Part shown: positions 28,551 to 37,003 of the stretch, in pieces
Layout of the letters: the number at the start of each line of letters is the position of its first letter
Position numbering within the stretch: the first letter of the stretch is position 1
NCBI GenBank assembly: GCA_001773725.1
Contig: MEXP01000001.1
Span: 1 to 52,245 of the forward strand
Source of the DNA: Candidatus Amesbacteria bacterium RIFCSPLOWO2_01_FULL_49_25
Lineage (GTDB): Bacteria > Patescibacteriota > Microgenomatia > CAZETR01 > Amesbacteraceae
Direction of reading: 5' to 3'
DNA: 52,245 bases
The notes under the pieces: generated by a model
The model's database searches: none
What the model was told of the DNA's origin: nothing
The model's input: the letters and a program-made list of their open reading frames with translations, nothing else
Made by a program: the position numbers and the translations under genes

Positions 28551-30434
28551 TTACGAATTCATTATCTTAATAAACTCTTCCCCATCCATATTTTCAATCT
28601 CCAACAGCCTAATAGATACTTCGTCCAGCTTCTTTCGATATTTTTTAAGTAATTTGACCGCTGTCTCATATCCCTCGTCCACAAATCTCTTTACCTCCGC
28701 GTCAATTTTGGCCTGCATGTCTTGGGACACTTGTGCCGGCTCATAAAACGCCTTTCCCCACTCCACCATATCCTGCCTCGGCCCATAGTTAACCGGCCCC
28801 AGCTCACTCATTCCGTACTCCACTACCATCCCGCGCGCCACTTCTGTCGCTTTGTCAATATCATTAGCCGCCCCGGTCGTCATCTCCGAGAAAACCAGTT
28901 CTTCCGCCGCCCGTCCCCCCAGCATCATGGCGATTTGGGAGATCAATCTCTTCTTCGTCTCATGCACCCTGTCGGCCGCCGGCGGGATCAAAGTGTGTCC
29001 CAAGGTCATCCCCCGCGACACTATAGAAATTCTGTGTACCGGATCCATCCCCGGCTGCGCCCAAGACACAATAGCATGTCCCATCTCGTGATACGCCGTC
29101 ATCTTCCGATCTTCTTCAGACTGCAATCTCTTTTTCTGCGGCCCCAACTTCACTTTGGTCGCCGCTTCTTCAATATCCTTCATTTCAATCAACCTCTTGT
29201 CCTCCCTGGCCGCCGTAATCGCCGCCTCATTAAGCATGTTTTCCAAGTCAGCGCCAGAAAAACCTACCGTCCTTTTGGCCACCGCCTCCCAATTTACTTC
29301 CGGGGTAAACGGCTTGTTCTTGGCATAAATACTCAAGATAGCCCTCCTGCCCTCAATATCTGGCATGTCCACGACCACCCGTCTGTCAAATCTACCCGGG
29401 CGCAGAAGTGCCGGATCCAGAAGGTCTCCGCGATTCGTGGCCGCCAAAACTACCACGTTGTCATTTGGCGTAAACCCATCCATCTCCACCAATATCTGGT
29501 TTAAAGTCTGTTCCCGCTCATCATGCCCGCCCATAATCCCATATCCTCTCTGCCGCCCAATAGCATCAATTTCATCAATAAAAATAATGGACGGCGCGGT
29601 TTTTTTAGCCGTGGCAAACAAATCCCTTACCCGAGCCGACCCTACCCCGACCAGCATCTCCATAAATTCAGACCCAGCCATAGAATAAAACGGCACATTG
29701 GCCTCCCCCGCCACGGCCTTTGCCAACAACGTTTTCCCCACTCCGGATGGTCCGACCAGCAATGCTCCCTTGGGTGTCCTGGCTCCCACCGCCTTATACT
29801 TAGCCGGGTTTTTCAAAAAGTCCACCACCTCTTCCAACTCTTTCTTCGCTTCGTCCACCCCGGCTACATCAACGAACTTTACAGATGGTTTCCCTTTATC
29901 AAACAATTTCGCCCGGCTCTGTCCAAAAGAAAACAACGAATCCTGGGCCCCCCTAGCTTGTCGAAACATATACAGCAAAACCAAAAGCACTACCCCCGTC
30001 CCGATTATTGACGGCAAGACAGCCGCCACCAGCTGTCCCAAGGTCTGATCCTTTATCTCGTACCCCACCATCGTGGGATCAATCTTTGCCCGATCCAATA
30101 TCTCAGTCAGACTCTCATTCCCTTCTTTTCGGGTCACCAGCTCCTGTCCATCTTTATAAATCAAAACCATTCTCTCCGAATAAACGTCAATCTTTTGCAC
30201 CTTGCCGTCCTTAACGTCCACCAGTGCTTGGGATAAAACAATCTCCTTGCCCGCGTTTTTCCCGCTGTACCACAGCTCCACCAGGGACAACATCATGAGT
30301 ATCACCACTCCCAGCCAAATCAATTTCTGGAAATCAAACTGCATCTGCACCATAATCCCTCGGATCGGACCTTTTTTTCCGTTTTTACCATTCTTATGAT
30401 TATTCGTTTTTAGAGGTTCCGGCAACTTCGCCAT
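28551..30434 (-). CDS. ftsH: ATP-dependent zinc metalloprotease FtsH
   Basis: Two TMs, AAA domain, HEMGH. Confidence 0.97.
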   Translation of the reverse strand: MAKLPEPLKTNNHKNGKNGKKGPIRGIMVQMQFDFQKLIWLGVVILMMLSLVELWYSGKNAGKEIVLSQALVDVKDGKVQKIDVYSERMVLIYKDGQELVTRKEGNESLTEILDRAKIDPTMVGYEIKDQTLGQLVAAVLPSIIGTGVVLLVLLYMFRQARGAQDSLFSFGQSRAKLFDKGKPSVKFVDVAGVDEAKKELEEVVDFLKNPAKYKAVGARTPKGALLVGPSGVGKTLLAKAVAGEANVPFYSMAGSEFMEMLVGVGSARVRDLFATAKKTAPSIIFIDEIDAIGRQRGYGIMGGHDEREQTLNQILVEMDGFTPNDNVVVLAATNRGDLLDPALLRPGRFDRRVVVDMPDIEGRRAILSIYAKNKPFTPEVNWEAVAKRTVGFSGADLENMLNEAAITAAREDKRLIEMKDIEEAATKVKLGPQKKRLQSEEDRKMTAYHEMGHAIVSWAQPGMDPVHRISIVSRGMTLGHTLIPPAADRVHETKKRLISQIAMMLGGRAAEELVFSEMTTGAANDIDKATEVARGMVVEYGMSELGPVNYGPRQDMVEWGKAFYEPAQVSQDMQAKIDAEVKRFVDEGYETAVKLLKKYRKKLDEVSIRLLEIENMDGEEFIKIMNS

Positions 30435-30446
30435 ATATTCCCAATT

Positions 30447-30767
30447 CTACCTTACTTTACTCCCAACTGCCACATCCTCCACCGGCACCAAAAAAATCGG
30501 TTTATCATCTCCCACTGCCAAAATCATCCCTTGCGACTCTTCGCCCATGATCTTTTTGTACTCCAGATTCATCACGAAAATAAACTTTTTATTCAAAAAA
30601 TATTCCGGACTATATCCAAACGGCCTCACCGCCGTAAAAATAGTCCTCAACTCACTGCCAATGTCAACAATTAACTTAATTAACTTAGTACTCCTCTCTA
30701 CTTCGCCCGCCTCCACCACCAACCCCACCCGCATCTCAATCTGCTTAAATTGATCGAGTGTAATCAT
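30447..30767 (-). CDS. tRNA-binding OB-fold protein (MetRS C-terminal/Trbp111/CsaA-like)
   Basis: F...EMRVG.V, NL..KKIMGEESQGMIL. Confidence 0.88.
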   Translation of the reverse strand: MITLDQFKQIEMRVGLVVEAGEVERSTKLIKLIVDIGSELRTIFTAVRPFGYSPEYFLNKKFIFVMNLEYKKIMGEESQGMILAVGDDKPIFLVPVEDVAVGSKVR

Positions 30768-31753
30768 TGCCTCACAAATCCCACTTTCTCGTAAACCTCC
30801 ATCAGTTTCTTGTGGGACAGTTCATATGATTTCTTCGCTCCATTTGCCAAAATCTTTTCCAGCCCCCCCGAACTCCTCAGTTCCTTGTACCTGGCCTGCA
30901 AAGGTTTCAATAAACCCACTACCGCATCAGCCGCCGCAGTTTTAAACTCACCGTATTGCCGGCCTTGAAACTCCACTTCAACTTCGGCCAGACTCTTACC
31001 CTTAACCAAGGAGTAAATCCCCATTAAATTTGCTACCCCAGGTTTCTTTTTTACATCATACCGTATTTCGGTCCCGCTATCAGTTGTAGCCAATTTAATC
31101 TTTTTAACCACCGCATCCGGTTCATCCAACAATCCCACCGCCCCCATCAAATCCGCATCGCTCTTACTCATCTTTTTCGTTGGGTCAACCAAACTCATCA
31201 CCCTCCCTCCGGACTTAGGTATAACCGGAACCGGCAGCACAAAAGTCTCACCAAACCTGGAATTAAACCTCTCCGCCACATTCCTCGTCAGTTCAACATG
31301 CTGTCTCTGGTCCTCCCCGACAGGCACTTCCGTCGTGTCATACAGCAAAATATCGGCAGCCATAAGGGCCGGATAATCAAACAACCCCACACTCACAAAA
31401 TCCTTCTTTTCGGACTTTTCCTTAAATTGCGTCATCCTGTTCATCTGCCCCATAGATAGAAAGCAATTCAATGCCCATCCCAAATTGGCGTGGTCGGGAT
31501 TATGCGACTGGATAAACAGCAATGATTTTTCCGGATCCACCCCCGCCGCCACAACCAACCCGGCCACCTCCAACGTTTTCTCCCGCAACACATTCGGGTC
31601 TTGCGGTACGGTGATAGCATGCATGTCAACAATACAAAATATATTTAGACCTGCTTGCTGGCCCGCCGCCCACTGCCTCATCGCCCCCAGATAATTACCA
31701 ATGTGCAAATTCCCACTCGGCTGTATCCCCGAAAACACAACTCTCCCAATCAT
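30764..31753 (-). CDS. trpS: Tryptophanyl-tRNA synthetase
   Basis: SGIQPSG.LHIGN, YPALMAADIL, VPVGEDQ, KMSKS. Confidence 0.97.
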   Translation of the reverse strand: MIGRVVFSGIQPSGNLHIGNYLGAMRQWAAGQQAGLNIFCIVDMHAITVPQDPNVLREKTLEVAGLVVAAGVDPEKSLLFIQSHNPDHANLGWALNCFLSMGQMNRMTQFKEKSEKKDFVSVGLFDYPALMAADILLYDTTEVPVGEDQRQHVELTRNVAERFNSRFGETFVLPVPVIPKSGGRVMSLVDPTKKMSKSDADLMGAVGLLDEPDAVVKKIKLATTDSGTEIRYDVKKKPGVANLMGIYSLVKGKSLAEVEVEFQGRQYGEFKTAAADAVVGLLKPLQARYKELRSSGGLEKILANGAKKSYELSHKKLMEVYEKVGFVRQ

Positions 31754-31761
31754 ATCTTCAA

Positions 31762-33150
31762 TTATAAAGCATCTCTAAGTTTAGTAAAAAAGACAGGCAA
31801 AGAACTTTTACCAACTCCTCCGATAATTTTATTTTCTTCGCCCTTATCCTCCTCAATTAACACCACCCCATTTCTACCAAGTACTCCCAAAGACAATAAG
31901 CTCGCCAATTGAGCGTATACTCTCTCTCGAGCAAACTCCCTACCAGGATCGGTATCCAAAATCTTCTTATTAGATTCATATCGATAATCAACTCTTGATT
32001 CCACCAATCCTTCCGATAAAGGTGAACGCCCGGACCGAAGTTGATCCAATTGATTTCTCCTTAAAGAATCGAACTTATTCAAAACCCCATTCTTGCTCAT
32101 AAACTCTCGCAAAAACTCGACTTCTGACCCATCCATTTGCTGAGATATTGCTAATTTATATCTAAATAGCGACTCCTGAGTTTCCAACAGATCCGCATCC
32201 GGAACAACTCCATCCCCTCCTCTAGGAAAATAATCAATTAAATCTTGATCTGATAATAATACCTTTAATCGAACTTTTATCCCCAGTTCCTCAAAAATTC
32301 TTCGGATGTCGGCCAAACGGTCGAACAATTGCACTTCACTAACCGGCCGATGCACACCTCCATCCTTAGTCGGCACCTCGACATTCCGTACATGATCAAC
32401 TAGTTGCAATCTATTACCAAAAGGATAGGTAAATCTCAAACATTTGATATGAACCAAATTCAAAGGCTCTTCACTCTTTATAGCTTCCAGCAAATTCTGT
32501 TTTAATGTCGTTTCATTAGTGGGTATAGACATTTGCAATTTTCTCATTTCATATCTTGCTCCAACAAAAGCAAACAGCTGTTCCCTATCCAAAGAGTTAT
32601 TAATTCCGTAAAACAAGTCCCTTGTCAAGGTTGAAATTTCTGAATTTAAATTTTTAGATCGAAAATAACCTTCATATTCCTCATTTCCCACGTCACTCCT
32701 CAACTTTCCCATCAGAATATTTTCCGCCTTATTAAAAACCACTGGAAAACTCGCCGGAAGACTTTCTGAAGAAAAAATCGCCCCTTTTCGCATTTCACTT
32801 GCAGCTTTCTTACACCTTAAATCGCCCTCCTTCTCCACAACTTGCAAAACCAACCCTCTGTACAACGACACTCCTGAACTGGTTTTAACCTTCTCCAGCT
32901 GACTCCGGCAATAATCGACCACTGCATTTTTGATATTTCCATCCACCTCAACTTCAATCGGGGTTGCCATTATTTTTTCCCTTAATTCGTCAAACCTAAT
33001 TCCTCCACCAACAGATTTATTCAATAAAAAATCCCTCAATAACTTCCTCTCATCTGATCTTTTAGAAGCTCTGACAAGTATCTCATCCAGCAAGTCCTGC
33101 CGGTGAATCGATTCTACGTTAACTATCGCTCCAAACAAATTCATAGTCAC
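31762..33150 (-). CDS. Unknown 462-aa protein in the T-box-controlled unit
   Basis: Long AT-rich ORF with strong SD (AGGAGG, 33160-33165); C-terminal alpha/beta domain. Confidence 0.85.
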   Translation of the reverse strand: MTMNLFGAIVNVESIHRQDLLDEILVRASKRSDERKLLRDFLLNKSVGGGIRFDELREKIMATPIEVEVDGNIKNAVVDYCRSQLEKVKTSSGVSLYRGLVLQVVEKEGDLRCKKAASEMRKGAIFSSESLPASFPVVFNKAENILMGKLRSDVGNEEYEGYFRSKNLNSEISTLTRDLFYGINNSLDREQLFAFVGARYEMRKLQMSIPTNETTLKQNLLEAIKSEEPLNLVHIKCLRFTYPFGNRLQLVDHVRNVEVPTKDGGVHRPVSEVQLFDRLADIRRIFEELGIKVRLKVLLSDQDLIDYFPRGGDGVVPDADLLETQESLFRYKLAISQQMDGSEVEFLREFMSKNGVLNKFDSLRRNQLDQLRSGRSPLSEGLVESRVDYRYESNKKILDTDPGREFARERVYAQLASLLSLGVLGRNGVVLIEEDKGEENKIIGGVGKSSLPVFFTKLRDAL

Positions 33151-33213
33151 ACCAAACCGCCTCCTTTCTAGGAGGCAAAACTAATCCTGAAAATGAAACC
33201 GTTCTTTCTTTCA

Positions 33214-33287
33214 TGGTGAGAATGGAGGGACTTGAACCCTCATTTCCCGTTTTGGAGACGGGCGCTCTACCCTTGAGCTACATTCCC
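33214..33287 (-). tRNA. Atypical tRNA with Trp anticodon CCA (A73, G1-C72, G2:U71)
   Basis: GGGAATG/CATTCTC-A-CCA, CCCGT-CTCCAAA-ACGGG, GAGGG-TTCAAGT-CCCTC. Confidence 0.9.
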
Positions 33288-33291
33288 ATAT

Positions 33292-33500
33292 AAAAGGCCC
33301 TTGCAAACACCCGAGTTCAAATAACTAAACTCAGAAATTTACAAGGGCCTACAAGTTAAGCGGTGCCACCTTGCGTTGTACTCTTCTTGACATGCTCCGC
33401 TACTGCGACACATGTTGCTGACTTTTACGGTTTCGCCTCCGTACGATACTTTTCGTCCCCTCCCCCGTTCCAACCTTCGGGATCAATGGGTTTGCAAATT
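33292..33500 (-). promoter_or_regulatory. T-box riboswitch, Trp (UGG) specifier, ultrashort Stem I, transcriptional terminator
   Basis: T-box AAGGTGGCACCGC (33360-33372); terminator AGGCCCTTG...CAAGGGCCTTTT; K-turn Stem I with loop AAGGTTGGAA. Confidence 0.85.
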
Positions 33501-33508
33501 GTAGGTTA

Positions 33509-33537
33509 ATTATAGCAAATATATCAAATTAAAACAA
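33509..33537 (-). promoter_or_regulatory. Promoter of the T-box leader
   Basis: TTGTTT-17-TATAAT with extended TGn. Confidence 0.7.
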
Positions 33538-33564
33538 GATTCTAATCCCCCGTCTAAGCTGATA

Positions 33565-33723
33565 CTACCTCACGCACGCCTCTACAATTTTCTGATCCGC
33601 TCTCTCCTGATACTTAACCCCGTACAAAAACCCAATGAGTGGCAAAGCCGCAAACAAAATCGCTGTAATAGTCCTCGAAAGCGGCGTCACCGTAGTCCAA
33701 TACTTGGGCAGTTTTTTACTCAC
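33565..33723 (-). CDS. Small membrane protein (52 aa, not in the ORF track)
   Basis: MSKKLPKYWTTVTPLSRTITAILFAALPLIGFLYGVKYQ..., single TM. Confidence 0.65.
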   Translation of the reverse strand: MSKKLPKYWTTVTPLSRTITAILFAALPLIGFLYGVKYQERADQKIVEACVR

Positions 33724-33842
33724 ATATTTATACTAATATATTCGTTTCTCCAAAATCAATAGCCTCTTTTCCACCTCATCCCTGCTCAATTCACAACGCT
33801 AGACCAAAATGGTAAAATGAGGCTGTCCTTTAAAAAAAGACG

Positions 33843-33912
33843 TGCGGGGTAGTGTAAAGCTGCACGGAAGGCTCATAATCTTCCAGTCTGGGTGCGATTC
33901 CCAGCCCCGCAA
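33843..33912 (+). tRNA. tRNA(CAT), Met-type; anchor of the cassette array
   Basis: TGCGGGG/CCCCGCA, GAAGG-CTCATAA-TCTTC, CTGGG-TGCGATT-CCCAG. Confidence 0.85.
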
Positions 33913-34028
33913 CAAGGAGCGCAGCGACGAAGTGGTGATCGAAGTCGAACCACACGTAAAATTTGGCTTCATAACTTGAGGTTAGGGAGTGGTAAAGTCA
34001 CACCTAAAATGAATGGTAAAATTAGGCA

Positions 34029-34808
34029 ATGGGAATGATAATGAGCTACGAAGAGTATCTGAAATTGGGCAGGCAACCAAACCCTTATTTGGTGTGGATA
34101 GCCAGTAAAGGCAAACAACTATATTTTTTGGGTTCTAGTCATTCTTTCAACCCAGCAGATTCTATCCACCAAGTGACGAAGCACTATTGGCATGATTTTT
34201 TGGGATCTGTCGGTAATAAAAAACCGGTAGTTTTAATTGAAGGAGGGAAAAGATCCATTAGTAACAGTGAGGATGAAGCCATTAGGAAGTTTGGGGAAGC
34301 AGGATTGGTGGCGTTTCTAGCTGCACAAAATGGTTGGGAGCATGAATCCCCTGAACCTAATTTGTTGACAGAAACATCTGAACTACGGAAGGAATTTTCC
34401 GAAGAGGAAATCTGGACTTATTACTTCACCCGAATGGCGGCTCAATGGAACAGACTGTTAAATAAGCCAGACATTTGGAGTTATGTGAGAAACTCATTAT
34501 TGAAAGATAATGAAGAATTGAAGTGGAATGCGGATAATCTTGGCCAAGAAAGTTTAGTTAACAATTTTGCAAAATTATCTGGACAAAAATTTGTTGAGTT
34601 CGACTACGAACTATTAAATGGATTGTGTGATCCAACAAAAACAAAAACAAAAATAAATCAGGTGTCCAGGAGAAGTGGACAAATAAGGGACGAGTATATT
34701 GTGCAAAAGATAACAGAACATTGGAAAAACGGAGAGAGTATTTTTGCTGTTTATGGCAGAAGCCATGTGGTTATGCAGGAACCGGCACTAAGACGGTTGT
34801 TAACCTAG
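34029..34808 (+). CDS. Hypothetical protein (cassette 1), weakly TraB/GumN-like
   Basis: 259 aa; LYFLGSSH, VLIEGG, RD..I, AVYG.SH. Confidence 0.8.
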   Translation: MGMIMSYEEYLKLGRQPNPYLVWIASKGKQLYFLGSSHSFNPADSIHQVTKHYWHDFLGSVGNKKPVVLIEGGKRSISNSEDEAIRKFGEAGLVAFLAAQNGWEHESPEPNLLTETSELRKEFSEEEIWTYYFTRMAAQWNRLLNKPDIWSYVRNSLLKDNEELKWNADNLGQESLVNNFAKLSGQKFVEFDYELLNGLCDPTKTKTKINQVSRRSGQIRDEYIVQKITEHWKNGESIFAVYGRSHVVMQEPALRRLLT

Positions 34809-34820
34809 CTATAAACCAGG

Positions 34821-34847
34821 TTCTGATTTCTTCCAACCCCCGCAACA
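34821..34847 (+). repeat. Cassette boundary site 1
   Basis: TTCTGATTTC-ttccaacc-CCCGCAACA. Confidence 0.85.
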
Positions 34848-34854
34848 CAGTAGG

Positions 34855-34884
34855 AATGGAGGCCCACAAAGCCTCCATTTTTTA
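34855..34884 (+). terminator. Intrinsic terminator at the start of cassette 2
   Basis: AATGGAGGC-ccacaaa-GCCTCCATT followed by a T tract. Confidence 0.75.
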
Positions 34885-34920
34885 TTGAACCATCACAAGT
34901 TCTCCTGTATCATTCATCTA

Positions 34921-35267
34921 ATGAGACAAAAATATTTATTATCCCTCTGGTAATTCTTGCAACATACTACCTGCTATCTTTCGGGATAGGATATTTGCTA
35001 ATTGTTTTAGGGTTACGTGCCGCTGGTGGATTCTTCTCTGGAGGAAATTTCTGGTCAAACTTTTTGTTTTTGGCAATACCATTGTCGAATTTTTTACTTC
35101 TAGGGATTGCTATTTGGCAACTTGTTGATCAGGCAAAGAGATTGAATGTTGATCATAAAACTAGGAATGTTGTCGTTATCATCTTTTTGGCCATTTACTT
35201 TCTCTACAGTAGTCCTTTACGAAATATCCCATTAAACCTGTGGCACTGGTTTATAAAAAGACAGTAG
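34921..35267 (+). CDS. Membrane protein (cassette 2), apparent 1-nt frameshift near the start
   Basis: Hydrophobic frame open from ~34929. ATG 34921 is out of frame by one base in an A5 run. Confidence 0.6.
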
Positions 35268-35268
35268 G

Positions 35269-35295
35269 TTCTGATTTCATGTATTCCCCGCAACA
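35269..35295 (+). repeat. Cassette boundary site 2
   Basis: TTCTGATTTC-atgtattc-CCCGCAACA. Confidence 0.85.
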
Positions 35296-35340
35296 AGGAG
35301 CGAAGCGACGCCGAAGGACAAAAACATTTACAATCATCTC

Positions 35341-35586
35341 GTGTACTTCGTTTATATACTTCTTTGTCAGGACGGCAGTTTTTACACCGGTAGCTCCAGT
35401 AATCCCCGACAACGTTTCCTCGACCACCAAAACGGCAAGGGTGGTGCCTACACTCGCTCCCACAAACCAATTAAAATAGTTTACACGGAAGAACTCCCAG
35501 ACAAATCCTCCGCTCTCAAACGCGAGTCACAAATCAAAGGCTGGAGTCGCCAAACGAAAATTAAAATTTTAAATTTACGATTCTGA
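35341..35586 (+). CDS. Small GIY-YIG nuclease (UPF0213-like; cassette 3)
   Basis: YFVYILLC.DGSFYTG, R...H..GKG..YTR, ALKRE.QIK.W.R. Confidence 0.92.
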   Translation: MYFVYILLCQDGSFYTGSSSNPRQRFLDHQNGKGGAYTRSHKPIKIVYTEELPDKSSALKRESQIKGWSRQTKIKILNLRF

Positions 35587-35607
35587 TTTCATCCAATTCC
35601 CGCAACA
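35581..35607 (+). repeat. Cassette boundary site 3
   Basis: TTCTGATTTC-atccaatt-CCCGCAACA. Confidence 0.85.
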
Positions 35608-35630
35608 CAACCTCTTGGGTATGCAAACTT

Positions 35631-35987
35631 CTAGAGATTTGAGGACAAACCGTATATCGGGGAAAGAATGCTTGTTAGCGAAGAGGCCAAGTAAGAACCA
35701 CCCAACACAAACATCACCGCCAAAGCGATTACTCCCAATTTAAACATTTTTTCGTTTGGTAATTTCCCAAAAACTAGCCTGGCCCCGATGTATACGACTC
35801 CGGCCAAAACCACAGCCGCAATTGCAGTCAGATACGGATATACTCTGGTCAGAAACGGCAATTGCGCCCCAAAATCTTGATACAGAGAACTTAACTTCGG
35901 ATAAATAAAAAATAGCATCACTATTTGCTGAACCAATCCCAGGCATCCAAAAATCAAATCCAGCCACCCCACTACTTTGTATTTCAT
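35631..35987 (-). CDS. Membrane protein (PilC/GspF-fragment-like)
   Basis: Three TMs, P.L..LY.DFGAQLP.LT, C-terminal PIY.L. Confidence 0.65.
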   Translation of the reverse strand: MKYKVVGWLDLIFGCLGLVQQIVMLFFIYPKLSSLYQDFGAQLPFLTRVYPYLTAIAAVVLAGVVYIGARLVFGKLPNEKMFKLGVIALAVMFVLGGSYLASSLTSILSPIYGLSSNL

Positions 35988-36080
35988 AGTCTAATGATAT
36001 ACCACTGTAGCAGAGCTTAAGAAACGTTGGTTGTGAGAAATACGAACCGGTGATACAATAAACCATAGATACCATTTTCC

Positions 36081-36758
36081 ATGGCAAAATCGTTCCTTAA
36101 AAACAAAGCGGTCAAGCTTCGAAAATCCGGCCAGAGCGTCAAGAACATAGCCAAATCACTAAGCGTCTCCAAAAGCACCGCCAGTTTATGGGTCAGAGAT
36201 GTAGTTCTTTCTCTTGAGCAAGAAGAATTTTTAAAACAAAGGTCTCTAAAAGGTGCAGAAAAAGGCCGCACTATTGGATCGCTTGTTCAAAAACAAAGAC
36301 GGCTTGAACTGCTGGAAGCAGAGAAAAAAATCGGTATAAAAGAAATGGGCCAATTCACCAAAGATAAGCTCAAAATCGCCGGCTTAGCTCTATACTGGGC
36401 TGAAGGGTCCAAAAAGAACCGTAGAGTCGAGCTTTGTAACTCAGATCCCATGATTATCAAGTTCTTTATTAATTGGCTCACTAAAACCTTCGACATAGCC
36501 ATAAGGGAACTCTCTTGTTACGTCGGTATTAATGAAGCTCACAAAGCCAGAGAAACTGAAGTGAAAAATTACTGGTCGCTCTTAACAAAAATCCCCCTCA
36601 CCAGTTTCACTAAAACAAGCTTCAAGAAGTATCCCCTCAAAAAAGAGTATCCGAATTTTAACGAACATTATGGCACGCTCTCAGTTCGCGTGCGGAAACC
36701 AGCACGAATTTACTATAAAATCCTAGGTGAAATCCACGGACTATCCATGGCTACGTAG
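36081..36758 (+). CDS. HTH plus LAGLIDADG-like protein overlapping a tRNA 5' end
   Basis: N-terminal HTH (LRKSG.S...IA..L.VSKST.S.W), GLALYWAEGSK, NSDP. Confidence 0.8.
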   Translation: MAKSFLKNKAVKLRKSGQSVKNIAKSLSVSKSTASLWVRDVVLSLEQEEFLKQRSLKGAEKGRTIGSLVQKQRRLELLEAEKKIGIKEMGQFTKDKLKIAGLALYWAEGSKKNRRVELCNSDPMIIKFFINWLTKTFDIAIRELSCYVGINEAHKARETEVKNYWSLLTKIPLTSFTKTSFKKYPLKKEYPNFNEHYGTLSVRVRKPARIYYKILGEIHGLSMAT

Positions 36759-36821
36759 CTTAGTGGTTAAAGCACTGGTATCATAAACCAGGAACCGCTG
36801 GTTCGAATCCAGCCGTAGCCA
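36749..36821 (+). tRNA. tRNA-Met(CAT), elongator-like
   Basis: GGCTACG/CGTAGCC-A, CTGGT-ATCATAA-ACCAG, GCTGG-TTCGAAT-CCAGC. Confidence 0.9.
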
Positions 36822-37003
36822 CCTGTGTCCAAAGACATTTTATTCCAAGCCCGCGCGCCTAGAAACTCAGGACCTACAACCTTTATCCATTCGGAACAAG
36901 GAATACGTGTCCCGTATTCCGAAATCAGAAAAAAATACAACTTAGACAATCAACCCCCAACCTTCGAACAACCCCCACCAAAACTGCCCTCCGAGAAAGT
37001 TGT

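Larger units (their letters stand above)
33906..35607 (+). mobile_element. tRNA-anchored array of three single-gene cassettes
   Basis: Three TTCTGATTTC-N8-CCCGCAACA sites; the right arm equals the tRNA 3' end. Confidence 0.7.

Noticed and set aside
33214-33287. tRNA(CCA) as a sign of UGA recoding (genetic code 25 or 4)
   Set aside because: The anticodon is CCA, not TCA, and many genes here end in TGA.
34821-35607. Cassette sites as a CRISPR array or classical attC sites
   Set aside because: Intervals are 300-900 bp genes, there are no cas genes, and no RYYYAAC/GTTRRRY inverted structure.
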